Program-made: the position numbers and the translations under genes | The notes under the pieces: model-generated | Told to the model about the DNA's origin: nothing | Seen by the model: only the letters and a program-made list of their open reading frames with translations | Database searches by the model: none | DNA from: Acidimicrobiales bacterium | Lineage (GTDB): Bacteria; Actinomycetota; Acidimicrobiia; Acidimicrobiales; UBA8190 | Length of the DNA stretch: 64,000 bases | Direction of reading: 5' to 3' | Assembly: GCA_050011255.1 (NCBI GenBank) | Contig: JBEKJK010000012.1 | Coordinates: forward strand, 4,007-68,006 | Shown: piece by piece, positions 8,698 through 17,720 of the stretch | How the letters are laid out: each line of letters opens with the position of its first letter | How positions within the stretch are numbered: the stretch's first letter is position 1

Positions 8698-10311
8698 ATG
8701 CCTTCGACCCGGCTGACGATCTACCTGCTTGGTGAAGAGGTCACCGAACCTGCTCAGGCGCTGAACCACGACAGGACGCCTACCTCCGTTGAACTCAGCC
8801 CGACTTCTGGCCTCGAAGGAGTCTTCTACCACGAGTCACGTCCCGCGACGCCGCCGGCGTGGGTCTCTTTCGTGGGACCTCTACTCGCTGCGCCACCCCA
8901 GCGGCTTCTCTCCGCATCGGCCTCCGGGCTCCTCGTCCTCAAGGCAAGCGGGCGGTGGTTCGCGATCACCTTCGGCTACGGCCGCGCCTTCCTCAACTTG
9001 TCAAGGATCGAACCCCGGTTCGGGCTACGTGTCGCACTCAACAGAATCGATCCGAGCCAAATCCGCAGTCTGGACACGAAGACCTTCGAAGACATGGTCG
9101 TCACCAAGAACACTCATGTGAGCAGGAGCTCGGAACTTCCAGCGTTTGGGGTCGACATTTCCCGGGACATCCTTCGAGCCGTGACCGGTGAGCCTCGGGA
9201 CAAAGCGCTCGCAAAGAGATTGTCGGGCGCTGACGCTCTCGTCGTCAACGCGGAGATCGCGTCCACCGGCCTCTCGACGTTGTGCACTGAGCTTCTCGCG
9301 GCCTATTACGAGGACTCGTATAAGGAGAACTTTGCGTGGATCGACCACCTGGGACTCGTCAACAACGCCACAGTTCGCGATGCGCTTGACGAACAGCTCG
9401 TGGAGCAGCTCCGGGTCGGCGACACGTCGAGCACTCACATGGCCATGCCCGAGGCGATCGGTTGGGAGGACATCGATACCTTCAAGATCACTGGCACGAG
9501 AGGCGTCGAGTACGACGACCTCGACCTGGACGCGTACTTGGCTCAGCTCGGTGCAAGGCGGGCCGAGCTGACGCTCGAGAGCATGAAGGCTCGACGTGTC
9601 TCAGTCCGCTTCAGTCGCTCTAGCGAGTTCGATGCGCGGTGGACGTTCCACCAATGTCTCGTCAGCGAGCAACGCCTCGATTCGAGCTTCTACGTACTTA
9701 TCGAAGGCCGCTGGTTTTGTGTCAGTGACTCGCTCGTCTCGGAGGTGGATTCGTTTACTGCTTCTATAACGCCTGGTTCGCTGCCGTTGGTCGTCGCACA
9801 TCTCGGAGAAGCAGAGCCCGAATACAACAAGAGGCTCGCTGACTCCGACGGATCGCGGTTCCTAGTGCTGGATGCGCAGATCAAACGACCGGGCGGAGCT
9901 TCAAGCGGAATCGAACTCTGCGACGTGCTCGCCTCCAACGGCGAACTGGTTCACGTCAAACGAAAGTCCCGATCGGCGACACTGAGTCACCTATTCGCGC
10001 AGGGCATCGTCTCCGCGAGCACCTTGATTCAGGATGGGTACTTCCGTGACCAGATCCGGGCTGTTATAGAGGAGATCGCAACCCCAGAGTCGAGAGCTCA
10101 GTGGCTCAGCCTTGTCCCCAACTCAGTGGGGCAAGTGGATCGTTCACGGTATGCAGTGTCCTATGTCGTGATCGCGAACTCGTCCCGACAGCGGAACGAT
10201 TGGCTCCCATTCTTCAGTAAATTGAATTTGATGCAGAGCGGACGCCAACTCAGCAACATGGGATTCGCGTTTCATTTGAACCGCGTGGGCGTGATGCAGC
10301 AGGACGCATAG
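8698..10311 (+). CDS. TIGR04141/DUF6119-like 'sporadically distributed' protein with a PD-(D/E)xK-like C-terminal motif
   Basis: Start MPSTRLTIYLLGEE preceded by GAGAGGAGG. C-terminal IELCDVLASNGELVHVKRKS resembles a D...(E/D)xK nuclease core. The family assignment is from memory of the family's N-terminal LTIYLLK-type start and its length. Confidence 0.65.
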   Translation: MPSTRLTIYLLGEEVTEPAQALNHDRTPTSVELSPTSGLEGVFYHESRPATPPAWVSFVGPLLAAPPQRLLSASASGLLVLKASGRWFAITFGYGRAFLNLSRIEPRFGLRVALNRIDPSQIRSLDTKTFEDMVVTKNTHVSRSSELPAFGVDISRDILRAVTGEPRDKALAKRLSGADALVVNAEIASTGLSTLCTELLAAYYEDSYKENFAWIDHLGLVNNATVRDALDEQLVEQLRVGDTSSTHMAMPEAIGWEDIDTFKITGTRGVEYDDLDLDAYLAQLGARRAELTLESMKARRVSVRFSRSSEFDARWTFHQCLVSEQRLDSSFYVLIEGRWFCVSDSLVSEVDSFTASITPGSLPLVVAHLGEAEPEYNKRLADSDGSRFLVLDAQIKRPGGASSGIELCDVLASNGELVHVKRKSRSATLSHLFAQGIVSASTLIQDGYFRDQIRAVIEEIATPESRAQWLSLVPNSVGQVDRSRYAVSYVVIANSSRQRNDWLPFFSKLNLMQSGRQLSNMGFAFHLNRVGVMQQDA

Positions 10312-10522
10312 CTTGCGTCAGGTCGTCCGTGCGATGGCGGCCGAACGTGCGTGCTCGAATTGTCCTTGGACTGAGATCCACCGTCCCAAACGCCGGGACC
10401 GGGGCGCACAAAACAACGCCCGTCGATGGCGCCTCCAGTAGTCGGACCGAGCGCATAGTCGGCGTTATCGCGTCCACGATGACCACACGCAGTGGCGAGG
10501 AAGGACGTCGGCAATATACCCA

Positions 10523-10876
10523 TCACCTACGTAGCCGGTCGAGTTCGCGACGATCTCGCTTCGTCGGACGGCCAGCCCCTCGCTCGCGTGGGAGGACTGC
10601 TTCATCCCGTGCTGGAGCCGGAGGGCTGTGGTCGATCAGGCACTCGGCGGCCTGGGAAGCCCCCACCCGCTTATCGATGACGAGGGCGACCTCCAGGATC
10701 CGGTTGCGGCCGTGGAGGAGGGTTTCCACCCGGTCTCCAACCCGTACCTGGGAGGCGGCCTTGGCAACTGAGCCGTTGACACGCACGTGGCCGGCACGGC
10801 AACCCTCGGTTGCCGCCGAACGGGTCTTGTACAGCCGGACGGCCCAGAGCCACTGGTCCACCCTGGCTGACTCCAT
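10523..10876 (-). CDS. RNA-binding S4 domain protein (Hsp15-like)
   Basis: RVDQWLWAVRLYKTRSAATEGCRAGHVRVNGSVAKAASQVRVGDRV... and a C-terminal RGAGRPTKRDRRELDRLRR tail. Confidence 0.8.
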   Translation of the reverse strand: MESARVDQWLWAVRLYKTRSAATEGCRAGHVRVNGSVAKAASQVRVGDRVETLLHGRNRILEVALVIDKRVGASQAAECLIDHSPPAPARDEAVLPRERGAGRPTKRDRRELDRLRR

Positions 10877-10909
10877 GGGCGCGATCTTCTCACCACCTCT
10901 TGTACACGG

Positions 10910-11767
10910 TCATGCCGCGGCCTCGACCGGCTTGCCACCTATGAGGCCTAGCCCGTCGAGGATCTCTCTGGCTGTAGTGATGACACGCTCTGCAGTCGAG
11001 CGCACGAGATCGCTGTCGCCGCCCGCCCACACAGCCACGTACGGGAAGCTGTATCCGTCGCTCGCGACACCGCATGCCTCGGACACGAGGTAGGCGACGG
11101 ACTCTGCCTCGACCTCCACCACGCCGCGGCACTCGAACAGGCGCTCGCGATGCAAGAGCACGTGGGTGAGTTCGTGCGCGAGGGTCTTGCACGCCTGGGC
11201 ACCGGAGACGTCGGGGCGCACTGTCACGGTGTGGGTCGCGTAGTTGGTGCGTCCGTTGGCACTTCCGCACTCGGCGCGCTCTACTACGAACCCTGCCGAC
11301 TCGACCTGGGCGATGAGGGCTTCCCACAGACCCTCAGGACCTGCTCCGTCGAGGAGCTCCGCTCGCACCTCGGGAAGCTCCTCCCCATCGGTTTGCGAGA
11401 TGTCAAACACGTGCACCACCGTGAAACCGCTCACGTAAGTGCTCGAGGTCTCTTCACCCGTGATCTCGTCGACCTCGGTGCGCCTGCGGCGACACGGTGC
11501 CAGGATCGCGATCCCCTTCTCGCCCCTTTTGACCTGCCGCCCGAGGCTCTTCCACGTGCGATAGCCAGCGACCTGCGTGGCATCGGGACGCTGAGCTGTG
11601 ATCAGGGCAATGTTGCCGAAGCTGTAACGGTGGAACCGCGACGCCACCTTTAGCATCCGCTCCCAGTCGGTCCCGCTTATGAGTGCCTCTATCGCCGATA
11701 CCAGCTTTGCGTGCGCTTCTTCGAGCCGAGTGCCGTGCTCACTGCTTCTTGCGAGTGTGTGTGCCAT
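10910..11767 (-). CDS. ardC: ArdC-like antirestriction protein (ssDNA-binding N-domain + HExxH metalloprotease)
   Basis: FHRYSFGNIALITAQRPDATQVAGYRTWKSLGRQVKRGEKGIAI (DUF1738-type) and TLAHELTHVLLH. Confidence 0.8.
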   Translation of the reverse strand: MAHTLARSSEHGTRLEEAHAKLVSAIEALISGTDWERMLKVASRFHRYSFGNIALITAQRPDATQVAGYRTWKSLGRQVKRGEKGIAILAPCRRRRTEVDEITGEETSSTYVSGFTVVHVFDISQTDGEELPEVRAELLDGAGPEGLWEALIAQVESAGFVVERAECGSANGRTNYATHTVTVRPDVSGAQACKTLAHELTHVLLHRERLFECRGVVEVEAESVAYLVSEACGVASDGYSFPYVAVWAGGDSDLVRSTAERVITTAREILDGLGLIGGKPVEAAA

Positions 11768-11951
11768 GGCCAGTACTCCCCCGGCGCCAGCCTCACCACA
11801 CCCGCCAGATGGTCAGCAGCGTGCGATAGCCGAGATCGACTCGGAAGCACAGCAAAGAACACCCAGGTGGAGCTCCGCCTCTGGTTAGATTTGGGCAGAC
11901 CATGTCTGGCCGTGAAGACAACTACATGGAACTCGCGCTCCTGCCGATCAC

Positions 11952-13085
11952 ATGCACATGTCTGTGACACGGCCTCCTCAGCCCTTCCCGGGGACCTCGA
12001 GCCACGCCGTTCAGCTGGGCGTGAGGGTAAGGCGCTACCTACGTCGCCGGGCCCTGGGCACCGTTGCTCGCTCGGGCCGCTACGCCCGGGAAGTGGCCTG
12101 GCGAGATCAAGCGTTGCCGTTAATTCGCCGCGCCTGGCCTCTCCTCGTGTTTATTCCGGCAGGCCTGTTCTTGGCATTCCTTCCACTCGCCCTGAAACTT
12201 CACGGCATCGGACGGGGTCTGGTGCTCGGGGCAAGCGGCGCCTCGGGCGTCTGGGTTGACGTGCTCTTTGTCGTCGTGCTCTCCGGGGCCGGCACGACAT
12301 TCATGGGAGCGGTGGGCGAGTCCTGGACGGCTCGGGATCTCAGATGGCTGTGCCGGAGAGGTTGGCTTCTGGTAAATGGCTTCAAGCTCGACCCCTCGTG
12401 GGACATCGACCACGTCCTGGTGGGTCCGAACGGCGTCCTCTCGATCGAAAGCAAATGGAGCAGTGATCCGTGGCCTCTTGGCGTTGGAGACCGATTCATG
12501 CAAGATCGCAGAGAAAGCGCAGCGCGCCAAGCCAGAATGAACGCGGATGACCTCTCCGCCTGGCTAACCAGAGCGGGGTTCGAGGTGCCTGTAACTTCGG
12601 TCGTCGTCCTGTGGAGCGGCGCTCTGACGACCGAAGACGGATGGGTAAAGCGCGCACAAGGCCGAAGCGTGATCGTCCACGGACCCGACCTACGGAGCTC
12701 GCTTCGATCCGAGCTGCCCACGATCGGTACCATTACTGCTGAGACCGTTGATCGTATCTACGCGCTCATCGAGCAACATGTTGCTGAGCACGAGATGGCA
12801 GATATCCAAGCTGGGGTGACTCCGGTCCCCACACTGTTCAGTCTCTTCGTCGAGTGGGTGATGAAGCCGCTTCTCGGAATCGCTGGGGCCACCTACGCGT
12901 TCAGATTCACCTCATTCGCCCACGCCTGGTGGATCGAGCTCGGAAGCGAGCTACTCGCTGTAGTCCTGGGACTGGTGGCGCTTCGTTGGAGCGCGATCCG
13001 TCGGCTCGCACTCGGTTGGATCACCGCCTCGGCTTTGTTCTTCGTTGCTGAACTCGGGTTCGTGGTCGCGTCGGTGCTCCGGTAG
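11952..13085 (+). CDS. NERD (nuclease-related) domain membrane protein
   Basis: DIDHVLVGPNGVLSIESKWSS NERD core, flanked by hydrophobic segments at both ends (LLVFIPAGLFLAFLPLAL; LLAVVLGLVALRW; ALFFVAELGFVVASVL). The start is uncertain. Confidence 0.65.
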   Translation: MHMSVTRPPQPFPGTSSHAVQLGVRVRRYLRRRALGTVARSGRYAREVAWRDQALPLIRRAWPLLVFIPAGLFLAFLPLALKLHGIGRGLVLGASGASGVWVDVLFVVVLSGAGTTFMGAVGESWTARDLRWLCRRGWLLVNGFKLDPSWDIDHVLVGPNGVLSIESKWSSDPWPLGVGDRFMQDRRESAARQARMNADDLSAWLTRAGFEVPVTSVVVLWSGALTTEDGWVKRAQGRSVIVHGPDLRSSLRSELPTIGTITAETVDRIYALIEQHVAEHEMADIQAGVTPVPTLFSLFVEWVMKPLLGIAGATYAFRFTSFAHAWWIELGSELLAVVLGLVALRWSAIRRLALGWITASALFFVAELGFVVASVLR

Positions 13086-13102
13086 CGACGCGGCGGCGTC
13101 GC
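13085..13102 (+). terminator. Short GC hairpin overlapping the last base of the NERD gene stop
   Basis: GCGACGC-GGCG-GCGTCGC, followed by ttcccgtc (weak T tail). Confidence 0.35.
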
Positions 13103-13485
13103 TTCCCGTCAGCGTGAGTGATTGTTATGAGCGGGCCTTATGAGCAGTCGTGGGTATATGGACAGCAGCGTCCCCGATCCGTCTGACGCAAACGGTCCTG
13201 TGCTCGGAGCTTCGTTGAGTCGTCGTTATGCGCTGCCCTTGGGCGTCGATACCGAGCGGACTGGCGGGTCAGGCTCCTCGGTGTTTGCAGTCGTTGACCG
13301 ATCATACACGGCACGTTGAGTGCGGGTCCCAGAATGGCAGATACCGAGCGCAGCTAACCGCCCTGGTTTCCCCGTCGACCTTGCCGCCACAACGACGGCA
13401 GATCCAGCGTCGGCGCAACCCTCGATGATTTCCAACGCTGTCATTTTGGATGTTGGGGACCAAAAGCGTAAGCAGCTTTGGGCGG

Positions 13486-14253
13486 TCAAGTCTGAACCAG
13501 ACGTCCGACAACGGTTGCCGTCAACTGCTCCTCCATGGACGAATCGAATGGAGTTGCCGTGCTCTCAAAGAACAGGCCCGCCAGGGCACGACCCTCTTGC
13601 ACTGCGACGATGTCAAAGTAGGCATCCGGGTTGAGGCCCTCGTAACTGAAGGGCACCGTGACCCTATAGGCGATGCTCTGGTTACCGTAAGACTGGAATG
13701 ACATCTGTGCGACGCTGGCTTGCCCGAAGCTGACACCCGCTGGCAGCGTGCTCCCTGTGCTGCTCGGATTGTTCAGCTCGTAGTTGAGAATGGCATTCAC
13801 AGCTGTTGTGAAGCAGGACGGAAAGCGAGAACCCGTGAGTGCTTTCATGTCGGCCTGAGCCTGCGAAGCGACAGCAAGGTAGTTGACTCCGCTAGAGGCA
13901 GTGTCGCCATTTGAGTCGCTGAAATCCGGAGATGACGCCTGGGTAGGGTCGTTGTTATTAAACACGGACACGTTGGCGTGCAGGCAAGAGGCAAGTCGAG
14001 CGTCGAGTCCTTGAGGACCCGTCGATGAATTTGATTGCGGGGATGATGTCCAGCCGTCGGGGAAGTCAGAGAGCTTCAGGTTGGCAGCGACGGCAAGAGC
14101 CTTATCGGCCGCTGCATTCTGGCTTGGGCCAGCCATTGTCGTGGTCGTTGATTGCGTCGTCGCAACTGAGGCTGAGCTGTTGCCGCTACACGCTGTCAGG
14201 AGGAGTCCCGCCGATCCAATCATCACGACACCGACCAGTTGCAGCCTCTTCAT
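13486..14253 (-). CDS. Secreted lipoprotein, Ser/Thr-rich, two Cys in the mature part
   Basis: Signal peptide plus lipobox: MKRLQLVGVVMIGSAGLLLTAC|SGNSS. Confidence 0.75.
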   Translation of the reverse strand: MKRLQLVGVVMIGSAGLLLTACSGNSSASVATTQSTTTTMAGPSQNAAADKALAVAANLKLSDFPDGWTSSPQSNSSTGPQGLDARLASCLHANVSVFNNNDPTQASSPDFSDSNGDTASSGVNYLAVASQAQADMKALTGSRFPSCFTTAVNAILNYELNNPSSTGSTLPAGVSFGQASVAQMSFQSYGNQSIAYRVTVPFSYEGLNPDAYFDIVAVQEGRALAGLFFESTATPFDSSMEEQLTATVVGRLVQT

Positions 14254-14591
14254 TGCTTCCCTCCAAAAGGCCTGCCTAACCGCAGCCCGCCGAGTCCGAG
14301 GCTACCCGCCCGGTAACACGCCAGCCCAATAGGCATTGCGGAAGTTCTCACCGCACGGAAGTGCCGGCTACGCGGCGGGTAGTCGGATGCGTGCTCGCGA
14401 GTGAACCTGCGCGCAATCGCTCAGTGCCGTCGATCCCGGGCGGTCATGCTCAGAAGGCACCTCGAGGATGGGGTGATGTACCGGCACTTCTCGCGCCCAG
14501 GCCACTTCGATACACGCCGCGCGTTTCCGGGTGGTTCGCCCTCTTACCGCGACACAGAGTCAACTGCTGGGGGAAGATTTCGTCGATGTCG

Positions 14592-15506
14592 TTAAACTTC
14601 CACCCAGGCGGCGGTAATCGTCTCGTAGTCGAGGATCTTGGGCGGGCCGAACGGCCGGTCCTTCCACGTCAACCAAATGAGCGGCTTTCCAACGAACTTC
14701 CGGTCGTCCAGTAGGACTGGCATCCATCTCGTCTCGTCAATGATCTCGCCGAAGTGGTTCTCGCTCTCGTCGATTACCGGCTCTACATCAGGATTGCTAA
14801 ACAGGTGACTACCCTGGCACCGGACACTTGAGGCAGTCTTCTGCACGAGATCGTTGAGACACATCGGGCAGAGGTCGCCCCACGAGGTGACATCGGTCGA
14901 CAGGCTGCGGAGGCGTTCGACCGCATACTGCCTCTCGCCGTCGTCGTGCGGTCCTGGGTGACCGGTTCGAGCGAGGATGCCCATTTGCAGCTTGACTGCT
15001 TCGGATCTGTCGGGGAAGAAGAACGCCGCATCCAGCTCGCCGGTGGGATTGATCCTGCGCAGCTCCGCCGGGAAGTCCGCCGGTCGATATGTGATCCTGA
15101 TCGCCTTGCCTCCCAGGTCGTCCGGCGACGCGCTCTCGTACAACTTCCAGCCGACTGCGACTACATCGGAGTAACTGAGGGACAGCACCAGTTCAAACCT
15201 CGGGAGTACGCTCCAAACAACGTGCCGGTTCGTCACGGCCACGTGAGCCAGCGAGTAGTCCTCTGGCATGGCCTCGTAGCCCGCGTTGCCTGCCTGACGG
15301 ATGCTCTCCCCAGGTGCAAGCTGGGCCGTGATCTGCGGGTGCGCCAGGCTAGCGAAGGCTTCTTCTTCAGCGACCTCTTTAGGCATACCCGAAGAGACGA
15401 GACGATTGGTCTCGCGGGTCAGCGCCTCGATCTGTCGGCGCCACTCCTCCTCGGAGCGGCGCTCAAGCTCTGCCTCCACTTCACGAAGTAACTTCTGCTT
15501 CATCAC
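14592..15506 (-). CDS. Hypothetical protein: N-terminal coiled coil, central beta-rich region, C-terminal Cys/His cluster
   Basis: 304-aa ORF. EAELERRSEEEWRRQIEALTRE helix; CPMCLNDLVQKTASSVRCQGSH is zinc-ribbon-like. Starts 34 nt downstream of the 120-aa ORF on the same strand. Confidence 0.6.
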   Translation of the reverse strand: MMKQKLLREVEAELERRSEEEWRRQIEALTRETNRLVSSGMPKEVAEEEAFASLAHPQITAQLAPGESIRQAGNAGYEAMPEDYSLAHVAVTNRHVVWSVLPRFELVLSLSYSDVVAVGWKLYESASPDDLGGKAIRITYRPADFPAELRRINPTGELDAAFFFPDRSEAVKLQMGILARTGHPGPHDDGERQYAVERLRSLSTDVTSWGDLCPMCLNDLVQKTASSVRCQGSHLFSNPDVEPVIDESENHFGEIIDETRWMPVLLDDRKFVGKPLIWLTWKDRPFGPPKILDYETITAAWVEV

Positions 15507-15540
15507 GACTTCCCTAGGTTCGCCAGATCGCCGGTGCTCT

Positions 15541-15903
15541 TCATGCCTGGGCGTCGATCCCGACGTCGGACATCTCCACGTCCGCTAGCTCTTGCAGTTG
15601 CTTGAAGAACTGCTTGTTCTTGTGCAGGTTGTGGACGCCACCGATCAAACCAGGAAGCCAGGTCACGGACGACACCGCGGTGGCGACGCCATTACCTACG
15701 GTTGACTTGCGATAGATCGACTCCAGTTCATGGTACGTACCCGTGTACTGCATGAGCTTCCCCGTGCGAGCTGAGTACAACCTCAGCAAGTACGTAGGTT
15801 CGCCGTCGGTTGAGGTTCCGAGCCTGACGGCCTTGACCGGGTCATCGACAGCAGCCTGGTAGCGCCTGCGTCGCTCCTTGCGATCTACCCTTGCCATAGT
15901 CAC
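15541..15903 (-). CDS. Hypothetical small protein with one hydrophobic segment
   Basis: 120 aa. VATAVSSVTWLPGLIGGV hydrophobic stretch. First gene of a two-gene unit. Confidence 0.5.
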   Translation of the reverse strand: MTMARVDRKERRRRYQAAVDDPVKAVRLGTSTDGEPTYLLRLYSARTGKLMQYTGTYHELESIYRKSTVGNGVATAVSSVTWLPGLIGGVHNLHKNKQFFKQLQELADVEMSDVGIDAQA

Positions 15904-16516
15904 TCCTTGTCCTACGGCATTGTAGGTCGGCGAGGCTGGGACCTTGAGCCCTGGCCCTAGGCCGCTGCCACAGAACTAACAACAGGACCGCCCGGAAACG
16001 TTCGCAGTGAGCCGGCCAGATTGACGAACGGACCGTCCGCAAGTGCCGGTTTGCGCTAGCTGCCTGAAAGGCGGGCGGACACCGAAGCCCGAGCGGTATC
16101 GCTCCGAGCGACAGAGCAGGGTGTTCGGGGCAGGAGTTGTGAATGCATGTCCGAAGACGGGCCGGCGCCAGATTCGGCGCTCGGCGTTGACATGAGCCGT
16201 CGTGCACGGACACAAAGACACCTACGGACGTCCATAATCCCGACTGCTCGCACCTCGATCGCAAGGCCGAGGCCAACGCTCGGGACCTAACGCATCCTGC
16301 AGTGCGATGGTGCAGCTCATGGTGCAGTCCTTGTCAGACCTCCCAGCTGCCACAACCAACACGGGCACCAGCCAACCGAAGCTCTGACGATGGCCACCGC
16401 GCGTCGGCCAGGCGAAGTCCTAGAGGGCCCTCCACTTTCGCGACACCACGACAGACGCGAACTGATGCAGCGGGCGGGCGGTTGCGGTGACCCCTAGATA
16501 TCGGGAGAACGAGCAC

Positions 16517-17260
16517 ATGATGGGTCGCCACCATGCACTGTTGGGCGGAGTCGTGTGGCTCGGCGTCGGCGCGCTCTCCCACATGGCGCCCGAAGCTCTG
16601 GCGGCGTCGACCGGGACGTGCGCGGCCGCGGCGATTCTCCCGGACATCGACGAACCCGGATCCACCGTCGCGCATCTGTGCGGACCGGTGACCGAGATGG
16701 TGGCCTTTCTCACGAAGCGGCTCTCGGGCGGTCATCGTCACGCCACTCACTCGGCGCTAGCAGTCGCCGCTGCCGGTGCGCTTGGCCTGGCGGTAACTCC
16801 TTGGTCTGGTGCTCGCGCAGTTCTCCTTGGGCTCCTGCTGGCACTGTTCTTCCGGGTTCTCGCTCCCCCGCCGCTTCGCTACAGGTTGGTCTGCTTCGCG
16901 GCTGGCGGTATCGCCGCGTGGACGTGTGTGCACTACGTCAGCACGCGATGGCTCGCCCCAGCGCTCCCTGCCGGTGTGGCGCTTCACCTGGTGGGCGACA
17001 TGCTGACCGAGGGCGGGGTACCTCTTCTGTGGCCGAACCTCCGACACTTCTCCTGCGCCGTGCTGGGCCACACCCACTCCCTCCGAGAGAGCGTGTTCGG
17101 CATTGCGATGTGGGCGGCGTTTCTCGGCCTCGCCCTTGTTGTCTTCGGGGGGCACGAGCTCGGGTGGCTGGGTCATCTCGAGCGAGCCACCAGGATCAGC
17201 TGCGCTCACCTACCAAGTCAGCTCGTTTCGTCAGCGCTGTGCCATGGGCCTCGGCGCTAG
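16517..17260 (+). CDS. Membrane-bound metal-dependent hydrolase, YdjM/DUF457 family
   Basis: MMGRHHALLGGVVWLG...ILPDIDEPGSTVAH...HRHATHS...LHLVGDMLTEGGVPLLWP. GGGAGA lies 8 nt upstream of the ATG at 16517. Confidence 0.75.
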   Translation: MMGRHHALLGGVVWLGVGALSHMAPEALAASTGTCAAAAILPDIDEPGSTVAHLCGPVTEMVAFLTKRLSGGHRHATHSALAVAAAGALGLAVTPWSGARAVLLGLLLALFFRVLAPPPLRYRLVCFAAGGIAAWTCVHYVSTRWLAPALPAGVALHLVGDMLTEGGVPLLWPNLRHFSCAVLGHTHSLRESVFGIAMWAAFLGLALVVFGGHELGWLGHLERATRISCAHLPSQLVSSALCHGPRR

Positions 17261-17411
17261 GAAGGAGCGGTCGGTGTCGATCGAGCCCACTTCCTTCGAG
17301 GACGCACCGGCGGATCTCGCGCAAGCGCTCCTCGTCGTCGCCGAAGTTTTCGCCGACGCCGTTGTCGCCCGCATCGGTGTGCGAGCTCACAGTGCGCCGG
17401 AGCCTACCGAT

Positions 17412-17657
17412 ATGAGAACAGCCCGTGCTGAGAAATCTTGCCTACTCAGCGTGCAAGATGTCGCCGAACGCCTAGCCATCGGCAAGACGACCGTCTACAA
17501 GATCATCGCCGACGGCCGGCTTCGTTCGGTGAGAATCGACCGCGCCCGCCGGGTCCCCGAGGAGGCGCTGGCCGAGTTCGTGTCCGGAGCTGGACAAGTG
17601 AGGGCGCCGATGAACGACGACGTGACACACCTGCACCATCACAAGCGTCCGGCGTAG
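17412..17657 (+). CDS. xis: Excisionase / MerR-type helix-turn-helix DNA-binding protein
   Basis: LLSVQDVAERLAIGKTTVYKIIADGRLRSVRIDRARRVPEEALAEF, immediately upstream of the integrase. Upstream starts at 17244 or 17103 are possible. Confidence 0.7.
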   Translation: MRTARAEKSCLLSVQDVAERLAIGKTTVYKIIADGRLRSVRIDRARRVPEEALAEFVSGAGQVRAPMNDDVTHLHHHKRPA

Positions 17658-17720
17658 TCTCCCTGTCAACCCCACACAGAATCGTAGGCTTGGCCAAGAT
17701 CCCCGGGGAGGAGGAACTAC

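Noticed and set aside
15842-16750. Several 60-145-aa ORFs on both strands between 15.8 and 16.7 kb.
   Set aside because: They overlap each other, are Arg/Cys-rich, and lack start-site signals. The region is treated as a long non-coding gap.
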